Source of the DNA: Paramoeba atlantica
Lineage: Eukaryota > Protista > Discosea
Direction: 5' to 3'
NCBI GenBank assembly: GCA_977017575.1
Contig: CDRNVI010000002.1
Span: forward strand, 496,001-560,000
Length of the DNA: 64,000 nucleotides
Below are positions 34,190-44,139 of the stretch, one piece after another. The stretch's first letter is position 1, and every line of letters begins with the position of its first letter. The notes under the pieces were generated by a model. The model had not been told where the DNA came from and made no database searches. It saw only the letters and a list, made by a program, of their open reading frames with translations. Both the position numbers and the translations under genes were made by a program.

Positions 34190-35878
34190 CTAACGACTGG
34201 GAAGTCTGCACCCTCCCCGTCGCCAGTCTCCCTTGGACACAATAACCATACCGTCCTTTCGCCAAGTTCCGTAGCGGTTCCTGCTCCAAGGGTCAGCTAA
34301 GTTCGCATTCGTTTCAACATAGTGTGCCGCTATTTTTATTCCTCGGATGTTGATGAAATTTAAAATTCGAATAAGAACTGTGGATATATTATATGAATCC
34401 GACCACTGCTTTGCAATCGCGTATTTGACACTCGTATTTTTTTTTTTTTTTTTTTTTTTGTGTGTGTAGGCCAAGCCGTTTTTCTTAGAGGGGATTACGA
34501 AAGCCCACTCCGAGGCCCCTTCTCCCGTTTCTGATATCCATCTTTTTTTTTTTTTTTTTTTAGCCCGTGGAGCGCATATATTATATACGCGCCGATTACT
34601 ATCAAATGTGAGACATGTTCACCTTCCCCCCTTCTCTCAATTTTCAAAGAGAAACTATCCCGAAAATGAAATCTATATATTTTTATAAGCTGACTCAGCT
34701 TATAGTGATATTGTGTTTAGAACTTATATACTATATTCTTGAGTTTGCGTGCAGCCGTCTAAGTATTTCTTTAGCTGCGCATAAATCCCTAATCCATTAA
34801 GCTCCTGAATCGTCAGCTTCATTTCGAGTTCGACCTGTTTCCTGTTTAGCATGGCCGCGTCTGCTAGCGAGTGTACCAAGTTCTGCGTATTGCGGTGCAA
34901 AGCGCCTCCTGCCAGTACGGGTAAACATTGAAATGAGTCTTCACGAATTAAGTTCGTACGTACATATGTGTTGGACTTTCGCTGCAGCGCGTCATTCATG
35001 AGCTGTGTGCATTTCTTTCCACGATTAGACATTGAGAGTTCGTGAATAACTGTCAGATCATAGAAGACCGCACCCGTGTTCCAATAGATCACGAGATCGG
35101 GGCCAGACCGACAAAGTTTTTTTCCTGCACAAGTCTTCTGATGTACCAACTGGTTTTCCGGACTGATTGTGGATCGGCAAGCGATGCACTTCCACGTAGA
35201 AAAGTTTCTAGGTTCCGTTTCACATGGGATGCCTGCTTTCACGCATAGACGATGTAAAAATCCGACAAGTGAGTTATGTTTCACGGTCGTATTTATACCT
35301 GAACATTGAGCACAGCCTGGGATATGGGTGAGGGCGTTTCGGTTATTGAGGAGAATACCGCACCCTGGACACAATAGACTGGTCGTATTGTCCACACAGT
35401 CGTATTGTCCACACCTCCTCGTATTGTCCACACATAATCGAATGTTTTTCCAACGTGCCCAATGATCTTTAAAAGTAATCAAAGCCTTTTCAATGGCTGT
35501 AGCCTCTGCATAATTGATTTCCATATCCGATTCCCAAGGTGCACCACCACCATAAACGGCTCCATCCGGACAAATGAGAACAGCACCCCATCCGTCTAGC
35601 GATGCATCAGTGAACAGCACTGCCTCAGGTATATCAATTCTCCTAGGCTGATGTTGCCATTTGTTCAACCGAATTTCTTGTATCCATTTCTTAAGAAGAT
35701 GGCAAACAGTTGGGGGCATGTTAATGTGATCCGTATCTCGAATTTTGCCCTTGTTCAGCTTGCTAACTTGTCGGCGGACAAATTTTATTGTCCAATAATA
35801 CTTGGGTATCAAGACTTGTAGAATTCCAGATGCGTACAATAGGCGTGCACATAGAGATTCCAATTGGTGCATTGGCAA
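34190..35878 (-). pseudogene. YR-element RT tail plus RNase H, split by the 34439-35417 insertion
   Basis: LFTDASLDGWG, YAEA, VDNT|SVKY, NLADPWSR. Confidence 0.82.
34439..35417 (-). mobile_element. Composite retro-insertion: 5'-truncated CRE-A (RLE, 3'UTR, A-tail) plus an 83-nt CRE-B piece with its own A-tail; 8-bp TSD
   Basis: TSD CTCGTATT at 34431-34438 and 35418-35425. Confidence 0.85.
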
Positions 35879-36009
35879 CGGTAAAGCACAGCACCCTGGT
35901 CAACTTCTTATACGAACTGTGTTTTTTTTTTTTTAACTACGGGTACGTCCTTGCAAAAAGTCTGCTCGTCATTACAATTCGTAGAAGAAATTTTTTTTTT
36001 TTTTTTTGG

Positions 36010-37711
36010 CGCTACCCCCCATTGTATGGGGGTAGTTCTAACTAAGCTTACGCGTCTTTGTAAGCTAAATCTTATAATTCTATATATTTAATATTTGACC
36101 TACGATAGTGCTTTGCTCATTTGAGAACACAGCACAGTGCCGTTTAACTCCTGGAGGTGCATTATGAAATCTTGCACAACGATATCGCGATCACGCCCGC
36201 TAGCATCGGCCAGAGATTTCAGGAGAGCCAGGCCACTTTTGTTCATTGCTCCTCCGGCGAGTATTGATACGCATGTAAATTTTTCATGAGGTATTAGATC
36301 CGAGTTAACATACGTGTCGACTTTGCGTTTTTCGGCTTCCTGCATTAGCTGATTGCTCCGTTTAACGAGATTCGTCTTGGATATTTCATTTATGATAGTG
36401 AGGTCATAGAATATCTCACCGAACGCCCAGTAAATTGCTAAGTCTGGCCCGCTGCGATGGAATGATGCGGTTCCACACTTTTTCTGATGTTCATGTTTGC
36501 GCTGTTCATTCACCGATTCATTACATTTCAGGCATCGATAAGTGGTGAATTGTCTCGGTTCCCGCTCGCATGGGACTCCGGTCTGAAGACAGAGGTCGTA
36601 AATATGACGAACGAGAGCATGATGTCGCGTTGTCGCATTTGCGCCTGTGCATTTAACGCAACCGAGCAAGTGTGCTAGAAAGTGTTTTGATTCGAGAATC
36701 ATTTTGCATCCAGGGCATATGATTTTGTCCGGCATACTCTTGTGCGCAAGACCAAGTCGTGCCATCACCATTAGAGAGAATTGAGATGATGGAATATATC
36801 TCGTTTTTCCTTGCAACCAATCGTGATTACCCTTTTCACTGCACGCCTTTACCAAAGGTGCCAACTCCTCGTTTTTCTTTGTCAGCTCTTGATACGTCTT
36901 CTGATTGAGCGTAGCCTCCGTTGCGGGGCCATCATTTACTGATTCGCTGTTTGGGGAGGAGTGGCGGAGTGGCAAGAACTCAAAGTTTGAAGCACATGGT
37001 GCTCAGACGGCGAGTTCAAACCCGCTCATCGCAATATTCCCGGCGGCCTCACTCTAAGAGGCTGGGCTGATAACCGACTAGGCCCAGTACTCGGAGGACC
37101 GTCCCGGACCCTCCCCTCAGGGAACCAGCTCCCTTACCCGGCTTACACCTCTTGGGTAAGCCGTGTTGACGTACAGTTCGTCGACGCAGCGTGTTGGCAA
37201 CAGCACGTTGGTGCCGCCTTGGACAAGCGGAAACTGGTAGAGGACGTCGGCCTCGGAACTTCCAAATCTGTCTGTGAAGGGTCTGGCTTGCCAGTGACCA
37301 TCCGGAGCAATCCGGAATGATTTGGATTTTTTTTTTTTTTTTTGGATTCGCTGTCCTGCGCTATACCTTCGTCGCACGTTAATCGAGCTGATTTTGGTTT
37401 ACATTGCTCAAGAGAAACGCGTTTAGAAGAGTTGTACGCGGACGTACGAGAGTCAGTAGATGATGGCAGGCCGAGCCCACCTTTCTTCAGCGGCAACCGG
37501 CACCAAGCGATGTGTTTATCTGACATTTTGCCAAGCCATGTGTTCAACACCGCTTCAACATCGCTGTCGAATTTTTTGCATAGTTTTTCCGATGCTATTG
37601 GTGTGTGTACCCGGGTGTGGTACCTATGTCTAATGTTTACGCTTTTCGATAGTAGAAGTAGTGATATGTTGTTTAAACCCATGCGCTTGAGACGTCGGAA
37701 TATGGCTTCGT
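36010..37711 (-). mobile_element. 5'-truncated CRE-like (A) copy with 3'UTR hairpin and polyA, interrupted by a SINE-like insert
   Basis: FRRLKRMG..., GGLGL, CPGC, RSGPDL, FYDLTI; A-tail at about 35990-36008. Confidence 0.88.
36951..37344 (+). mobile_element. tRNA-headed SINE-like structured insert, 394 bp, 10-bp TSD, T17 tail
   Basis: A box TGGCGGAGTGG 36962-36972; B box GAGTTCAAACCC 37012-37023; TSD GATTCGCTGT at 36941-36950 and 37345-37354. Confidence 0.75.
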
Positions 37712-38719
37712 GCATTGGCATTACATCAGGAATGTCATGTGGAATTTTGTTCACGAACAGTTCAGCGAGTCTGAAGCACTGAGTATCATGATCATAGCTT
37801 ACACCCAAAAAGTCATACTTTGGGCCACAATATGACTCTTCTTCCTTGAAGGTAGCGTTTAATTTTTTTGCCCGAGTTTCCAACCAATTTTCATATAATT
37901 TGCATTGATGTTGAGCTCCAGTGTAACGTATTCCGTCGATATAGATATCTATATTGCCATTCTTCAGTGAACTTTCTGTCATGATAGAGTCTTTCGTATA
38001 TTTCGGATCACCTGCTACCACTCCTGTTAAAATTTGCTGTATTTCAGGGGCGCAACAATGGCCCATCGGCATGCGAGTTAGTTGATATGTAGCGTCTCCA
38101 TACCGAAAACGATAGAAACACTTAGAATGTTGTGGTAACGCAACCTGATAAAAACTTGATTTTAAATCTCTCTTTACTGCACATGGTGAACGAACACTTT
38201 CAGCGTATGATCCCGGTTGATCTATTGGAACGTGGGCTACGTAAGTATTTTGCAAAATAGCGTTTTGATGCTTGGGCCAACATATAAAACGGCGTCTTTT
38301 TACTCCGTTCCTCTCTTCGACCACGGTAGATGGTAATACCTTGCCTTTCGTAGGATTGCTTCGTAACTCTTCATAACTGACACGCTCGATGATGCCATTT
38401 TCAGATAGCTGCTTAATATCTGTATGCGATAAGGATCCGTTGGAGCGAGGTAGAATTCCAATATTATTCAAAATAGGGAAATGTGGCATCGTTATGTTTT
38501 TCCATACGTCTGTAAACCTTGTTCCCACTTCAGGCTTCATATGTTGTATTGCCGTTGAAAGGTCAATTGGTTGCACTTTGGGGGCGTGTAACGGGATGTT
38601 GAATTGTTCTGGAGTAGCCATACTAGATTTCCGAATTGTGCGTGTCCAGATAACTTTTTTCCTAGGCGCAACGTCTTTCTGCTGTGTATCCCAATACGAC
38701 ATTAAATTCTTCTTGCTGT

Positions 38720-39727
38720 TTAAAGGAAACGTGTCACCCATTGTGTTCCTAAGGCGCGTGCCGTCGTTTCCGATCTTCCGGAGTATCGGAGTAGAGTGGT
38801 TACGTTCTTGTGGTTTGCGAGGTTCATTACTTCTTCCAATGTTAGTTTCTTCAGTGCCACTTGTTTCATCAGGGAGTGCACGGCTCCGTGCTTCATCGAA
38901 TGTGAGGAATACCCCGGACCCAGATGCTTTCTGAGAAAACTCGCTACCTTTTGAGTGCTTGCCTGAGAGATTTTTTGATTGGGTTTCAATTTGCGAAGAT
39001 GGGTGTATATCAGATGGGTATACGCACCTTCGATTACCACAAAACAATCTGGGCGAAAAGGTTGCATCTTTGTAGTTTTTGTTTTGTTTCCCATATGTAG
39101 AACAATGCTTGTAGGGTTCAGGTGAATTACATCCTTTCTTTGTAACTTGCAAATATCGCCTATTCGGGAGGCTGTCTTGTACGCCAACAGAACAGCTATG
39201 AACATGTCTGTGGGCATCAGTCGGCTCAACTCGTTTATGTGATATTTGTTTACAGGTTTCGCTTGATGAGTCGGAATAGTGGCTCCCGTGCGTAAAAGAG
39301 TGTTGCAATACATCCTTATAAGTTCGAAATTTTGTCCGGAGGCTTTCAGAAGGGCTTGCAAGTGCTTCCCGTATGTTAGCTTTGTCTGGTTTGTTACTGT
39401 CATTTGATTGAGAAATTCGATTGCTCCATCGCTGCAAAACTGAAATCTTTTCTCTTCCATTCGTCTTAAAAGGCGGGCTCTTGTTTTCCATGTGTTGACA
39501 CTCCACATTTTCCGAAGGCAATTTCTGGTTATTGGCTGGATTATTCCTAAGAAATTCATTACATAATCTTCCTCCCTGATGTCGGAATTCTTCTTTTGTT
39601 GGCAGTTTATCTTGTTCTGACTTGTCACACTCTTTGTTTGGGGCAGATTTACTGATTTTGAATTTTGTTTTGTAATTTTTAGTTCCATCAAATTTTTCGT
39701 TCTGTATTCCCTTTTTGAAAGTATCAT
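38720..39727 (-). CDS. Tyrosine recombinase
   Basis: R...H-x-x-K-H...H...Y motifs. Confidence 0.88.
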   Translation of the reverse strand: MILSKREYRTKNLMELKITKQNSKSVNLPQTKSVTSQNKINCQQKKNSDIREEDYVMNFLGIIQPITRNCLRKMWSVNTWKTRARLLRRMEEKRFQFCSDGAIEFLNQMTVTNQTKLTYGKHLQALLKASGQNFELIRMYCNTLLRTGATIPTHQAKPVNKYHINELSRLMPTDMFIAVLLAYKTASRIGDICKLQRKDVIHLNPTSIVLHMGNKTKTTKMQPFRPDCFVVIEGAYTHLIYTHLRKLKPNQKISQASTQKVASFLRKHLGPGYSSHSMKHGAVHSLMKQVALKKLTLEEVMNLANHKNVTTLLRYSGRSETTARALGTQWVTRFL

Positions 39728-39766
39728 GTTCGACTGACTTTTTGCACGGGGGCAGACTCCTGTGAG

Positions 39767-41059
39767 TCAATTGCTCCGGCCAGTGGACCCCCGTCCGTAG
39801 AAAACCGGGTTTAAGCCCCCCCGATTTACTGCCCTGAAATTCCGTGAATAAGGCCGTTGAATGTCCCTACCATAGTGATTTTTTTGATTAGTTTCGGTTT
39901 GTGAATATGTTGCGGAAACATTCTGTTGTCCTGATCGGTATCCCCGCATTGGCGTGAAACCTCGTCCTCTGCCCCGGTTATAATTTACGCTTGTATTGAT
40001 CAAATTCCCCAAGACGTCATCTGAATTTCGGTGGGCATTATAATGAGATTGCACATAACTAGTATCGGAGCCCTTTAATGACCCCAGTTTAATGCGTAAA
40101 CGATCAAGTGTCAACTGTCCAACTTCAAAATGTTTTTCTGAATCTTCAGCTTCATTCTGGCGATCTGCTGTTGCTCGCATCCATTGTTTTAATAATTCCC
40201 ACAGAAATTTCAATTCTTCATTCAGATAAATTGGCATTTGCAATGCTTCTTTCAGCCGATTTTCCAAAATATCTAGAGAGAACGGTTCACCAGAGTTTAG
40301 TATTCCAGACCAGGTTCGTACTTTCTGCCATTTAAATGAACTCTCTTCGAATTGACCACGAAGTTCGGATCCTGAGATATCTGAAGTTTCCTCATCTTTC
40401 GGAACCTTAGATACGATCTTAATATTGTTGTACATGACACCTTCCTCAGGTAAAGCGTACAGGCCCTGGCCATAGTCGACTTGTAAAAAGGGTTTTCCAT
40501 TTTCATCAATTCCGGGATAGGCTATTCCTTTCCACACTTGCAAAGCACTTGGACCTAATTCTTCATAGTACCACGAAACATCCAGCTCGACGGTGTACTT
40601 GTCTAGAAGAGAAGTAACTTTGCAAATAACTTTTTTCAACTCGTCGGGGCTCATACAATGATTCGGGTTCACTTGTTCGTGGTGGCGCACTTCACTAGTA
40701 CCCGCATCAGAGGTTCCTATGCTTGATCCTTTTTGATTCTGACGGTCGTTCAACCTTTGGGTCACTTCCATCGTCATGGAGCGCAATATCTTCATTTCAT
40801 TCCGTACTTCCGCATCACGTTTTCCAAACTCTTTTTGGAGATTTTCTTGCGCAGTTGAAACTTTCTTTACGTCCGTACGAAATTCGGAAATCTGCTGTAA
40901 TATTATCTGTAAAGTTTGATTAATGTTCGAATCTTCCCCCGTACCCACAGTAACGCTATCTCCACCACAAGGCTGAACCATAACAGGTTCTTCAGAGAGC
41001 GGGCCCGACTCAGGTGCAGCTTGAGACGAATCCGCCAGTTGAGAACGTGTTGAAACCAT
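39767..41059 (-). CDS. Gag-like ORF1 (coiled coil, Tudor-like domain, RG-rich tail)
   Basis: Intact 430-aa ORF directly upstream of YR and RT; pyrimidine tract plus AG upstream of the ATG. Confidence 0.75.
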   Translation of the reverse strand: MVSTRSQLADSSQAAPESGPLSEEPVMVQPCGGDSVTVGTGEDSNINQTLQIILQQISEFRTDVKKVSTAQENLQKEFGKRDAEVRNEMKILRSMTMEVTQRLNDRQNQKGSSIGTSDAGTSEVRHHEQVNPNHCMSPDELKKVICKVTSLLDKYTVELDVSWYYEELGPSALQVWKGIAYPGIDENGKPFLQVDYGQGLYALPEEGVMYNNIKIVSKVPKDEETSDISGSELRGQFEESSFKWQKVRTWSGILNSGEPFSLDILENRLKEALQMPIYLNEELKFLWELLKQWMRATADRQNEAEDSEKHFEVGQLTLDRLRIKLGSLKGSDTSYVQSHYNAHRNSDDVLGNLINTSVNYNRGRGRGFTPMRGYRSGQQNVSATYSQTETNQKNHYGRDIQRPYSRNFRAVNRGGLNPVFYGRGSTGRSN

Positions 41060-41120
41060 AAAATTTTTAAACTATGAGTAGTGAAAAAAGGCCAATCTCA
41101 ATCAATTGAATTTTTAAATT

Positions 41121-43913
41121 ATGACTGTCTCCAAAATAACCTTCTATGTACATTTTCTCATTCGATACAATGGTCTTCAAAATTACTTTCGCATGCTTTC
41201 AAATCATCAGATGAACTTTCCAGAAAAAGCCAAAGATGATTCATCAGTGGATTTGTTACCAATACCCACGCTACGTTCAATAAGCCCTGACCTCGCTCCG
41301 TGTGTTGTCGTGGTGCTGAGGAACATCGTCCAGGAGTATATAAATTCCGATCACACGCAAAGAACAAAAATATGGCACCGTTTGCTATCAGCCATTAAGT
41401 TATCCCTAGCGACTGTTCGAGAAAACAGTGGAAAAAGGCGAAGACGGCGCCCGTTACGGGAGCCGTCTGACGGTGAACGAAAAGAGGAGACACTGAGCGA
41501 TACACGGGCCATCAAACGAGCGACAAGGCTAGTATTGGAAGGATGTACTTCCAAGGCAGCCAAGGTCTTGGATCAGACCTTTACACCAAAGCAACTAACG
41601 GATGAAGAGACCCTTGACAAGCTTGCCGCATTACATCCGCAAAGACAATACGAAGTTTCTTTGCCGGAGGATGCGCCGATAATTAGCGGAATAATGACGG
41701 AGGAGCTACGGAAAGCTGGGAAGCGACTCGCAAAAGGCGTAAACCCTGGCCCAACTGGAATGACAGACGGGATTGTGCAACTCATGCTCGATGATGAGAT
41801 CTCATGCACTAATCTTGCCCATATGATATCGGATCTAATCAACGGATTCGTGGATCACAGCGTTTTGTTTCGATTAAACCGAGCACGGCTCGTAGCCATT
41901 CCTAAATCCAACGGAGGAGTCAGACCAGTGGCAATGGGCGAGATATTTATGAAGCTTGCCGGCGTTATATTGCTCCAGCGCTACGAACACACTTTGGGCC
42001 CTCTTTTTGCACCACTGCAACACGGCATTTCGTCAAAGGCAGGATGTGAAAAAATCGTTCATAGACTGCATGAGCGTCTTAAGTCTGGACACGTCATTCT
42101 TTCCATTGACGCCAAAAACGCCTTCAACTCCCCGAATAGGGCGGATATTGCCAAACACGTATTTGCTTGTGGTACACTACGCCCGTTTCAACGGATCTTT
42201 CACGCTGAATACGGCCAACCCTCAGAGCTACTGTATTACGGATCCGATGGAACGCTTTTCGGAGCCATTCCCAGCACATGTGGTTTGCGGCAAGGTTCCC
42301 CGCTGGCATCTCTATACTACTGCGCCTTCCTGCAGCCACTATTGGAGATTCTGAAACAAGAGTTTCCCGACATCGAAATATATGCGTTTATTGATGACGT
42401 GAACGTGGCTTCGAAAAACCCACAATCATTGGCCAAAGCATTTGTAAGGCTCCAAGAAATGGTGAATGCTCACAACATTGAACTTGCTCCTGGAAAATGC
42501 GTGTGGTTCGGTGGACAGGAAAAAATCCCGATTCCAGAACAGCTTGCAAATGAAGGGGTCAAGGCTGCGTACGGTTCTATAAAGATCCTTGGGGCACACC
42601 TTGGAGAAGACGAATCTGTAAAGTCGGGTTTGTTTCAGCAGCTTGTCAGGAATACCGAAGCCTTTCGCCGATTAAAACTTATGGGCGCCAACAATGTCTC
42701 ACTTTTGCTACTTTCCAAAAGCATGAATGTGAGGCATCAATACGCCATAAGAGTGCACGAGCCAACGTTAACCGACGCGGTCTCTCTCAGTTTCGACAAC
42801 AACGCCGAAAAAGTGCTGCACCAGTGGTTGGGAGAAATGACCAAAGAGCAAATCGAATTGGCTCGGCTGCCGCTAAAGAAAGGAGGCCTCGGTCTGACAT
42901 CATGTCATAGTATTCGTGCGGCGTCATACGAAACTTCTCGTTACCTAGCTCTAGAGCGCAAAAACTCAATTTCTGCTCGGGCGGGCAATGTGAGTAACGT
43001 ATCCGCTATCATGGATAATGGAATGAGTCAAACAGCAGTGGTCGCCCCAATTGATGAAGTAACAACAGCCGCGCAATTGCACCAGAAAGCATACGAGGCT
43101 TTAAAGGATCACGATCCCAAGCTAGCCACAATATTAAATGCCACCACACGGAAAGGAAGTTATGACTGGTTACAGTCTAATGCTAAATTTGTACCCACGC
43201 GTGCATTTCAGATTGCAATCATGACACGCCTTGGGATGCCTCATCCTCGACTCCCGAAATCGCTGCTGTGCCCCGGCTGTCGTATGTTACTCGACAACAA
43301 AACAGCTTTGCAGCACATCCCCGGATGTTTCCAATGTACAGGGCTTAATGCCACAGTAAAGCACAATCGGCTGGTTAAGTATATCTTCGATTTGGCGCAA
43401 AAGGCCGGTATACAATGCGAGAAAGAACCGCGATCTTTTTCGACTTGGCAATGCGGAATTTGCAAGAATAAAGTGTTTCCAAGCAACAAAATGATTCATG
43501 ACAAAACATGTGCCGGACGTCAGCTGTTTCGCTCAGGGCCGGATTTGGTGATATATTGGTCAACCGGGGAAATATTTTATGATCTAACCGTGGTGCACGA
43601 GCTATCGAACTCCAATCAAGTGAAATCTTGTTCCCAGCTTCTTACAGATGCAATCAAGCGGAAACGGGATACATATGTGACATCCGGAAAAATTCCCGAC
43701 TTCGCATTTCAGTGCATCCCAGTGCTGTCCTGCGGCTCTCTTCATCAAAATACGAGATCTCTGTTGCATGTCCTATCCGACGCGGCACTCTTAAATCGTC
43801 GAGCAACTGAAATGGAGTTCAAGCTCCTACTTCAGGAACTTAATGGGACGGAAGTGTACGCCCAGTTGCGGAACCACTTATCCCCGGAAGGCAGCAGCAG
43901 GTACAGCATTTGA
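41121..43913 (+). CDS. CRE-like (A) RT-RLE ORF (5'-truncated element)
   Basis: AFIDDV, GLRQGSPL, GGLGL, RSGPDL, FYDLTVVHE. Confidence 0.93.
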   Translation: MTVSKITFYVHFLIRYNGLQNYFRMLSNHQMNFPEKAKDDSSVDLLPIPTLRSISPDLAPCVVVVLRNIVQEYINSDHTQRTKIWHRLLSAIKLSLATVRENSGKRRRRRPLREPSDGERKEETLSDTRAIKRATRLVLEGCTSKAAKVLDQTFTPKQLTDEETLDKLAALHPQRQYEVSLPEDAPIISGIMTEELRKAGKRLAKGVNPGPTGMTDGIVQLMLDDEISCTNLAHMISDLINGFVDHSVLFRLNRARLVAIPKSNGGVRPVAMGEIFMKLAGVILLQRYEHTLGPLFAPLQHGISSKAGCEKIVHRLHERLKSGHVILSIDAKNAFNSPNRADIAKHVFACGTLRPFQRIFHAEYGQPSELLYYGSDGTLFGAIPSTCGLRQGSPLASLYYCAFLQPLLEILKQEFPDIEIYAFIDDVNVASKNPQSLAKAFVRLQEMVNAHNIELAPGKCVWFGGQEKIPIPEQLANEGVKAAYGSIKILGAHLGEDESVKSGLFQQLVRNTEAFRRLKLMGANNVSLLLLSKSMNVRHQYAIRVHEPTLTDAVSLSFDNNAEKVLHQWLGEMTKEQIELARLPLKKGGLGLTSCHSIRAASYETSRYLALERKNSISARAGNVSNVSAIMDNGMSQTAVVAPIDEVTTAAQLHQKAYEALKDHDPKLATILNATTRKGSYDWLQSNAKFVPTRAFQIAIMTRLGMPHPRLPKSLLCPGCRMLLDNKTALQHIPGCFQCTGLNATVKHNRLVKYIFDLAQKAGIQCEKEPRSFSTWQCGICKNKVFPSNKMIHDKTCAGRQLFRSGPDLVIYWSTGEIFYDLTVVHELSNSNQVKSCSQLLTDAIKRKRDTYVTSGKIPDFAFQCIPVLSCGSLHQNTRSLLHVLSDAALLNRRATEMEFKLLLQELNGTEVYAQLRNHLSPEGSSRYSI

Positions 43914-44139
43914 GCCAAACGTATCAACATAGTTTCGCTTTTCAATGCCTATATTAAGAGTTTACGAAAAGAATTTTAGGAAGTGTGCAGTGGTTAACGT
44001 GTTTCATGCACGCACCAACCAGTGCAATCTTGAATACATCTTTAGCATATACTGCACTTTTACGCATAAACTTTACGTGTAATGTACTTTTGTTTCGTTA
44101 TTTCATATAATATTTCTTAGAAGAAGATTCTTAGGACGA

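Larger units (their letters stand above)
37712..41059 (-). mobile_element. YR retrotransposon family 3: gag (41059-39767), YR (39727-38720), RT in the overlapping frame (from 39770), truncated and fused to CRE
   Basis: YKTASRI, SHSMKHG, ANHK, LLRY; RT KRDLKSSFYQ, PMGHCCAPE, YIDG. Confidence 0.9.

Noticed and set aside
36951-37032. Functional tRNA (Leu/Ser/Sec-like)
   Set aside because: A and B boxes are present, but the acceptor stem barely pairs and the anticodon arm lacks a 7-nt loop
18493-39769. Stop-codon reassignment (Blastocrithidia-type) as the reason for in-frame gag-YR stops
   Set aside because: Intact 900-aa ORFs contain no internal stops, and TAA, TAG and TGA all end ORFs at homologous C-termini
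37143-39770. Novel 875-aa YR-RT/CRE fusion protein
   Set aside because: Chance in-frame junction near 37711 plus read-through into the SINE-like insert; the same applies to 34724-35878 (RNase H/RLE)
43960-44040. tRNA-like GTGCAGTGGTTAAC after a CRE 3' end
   Set aside because: No T-arm or B box and no cloverleaf
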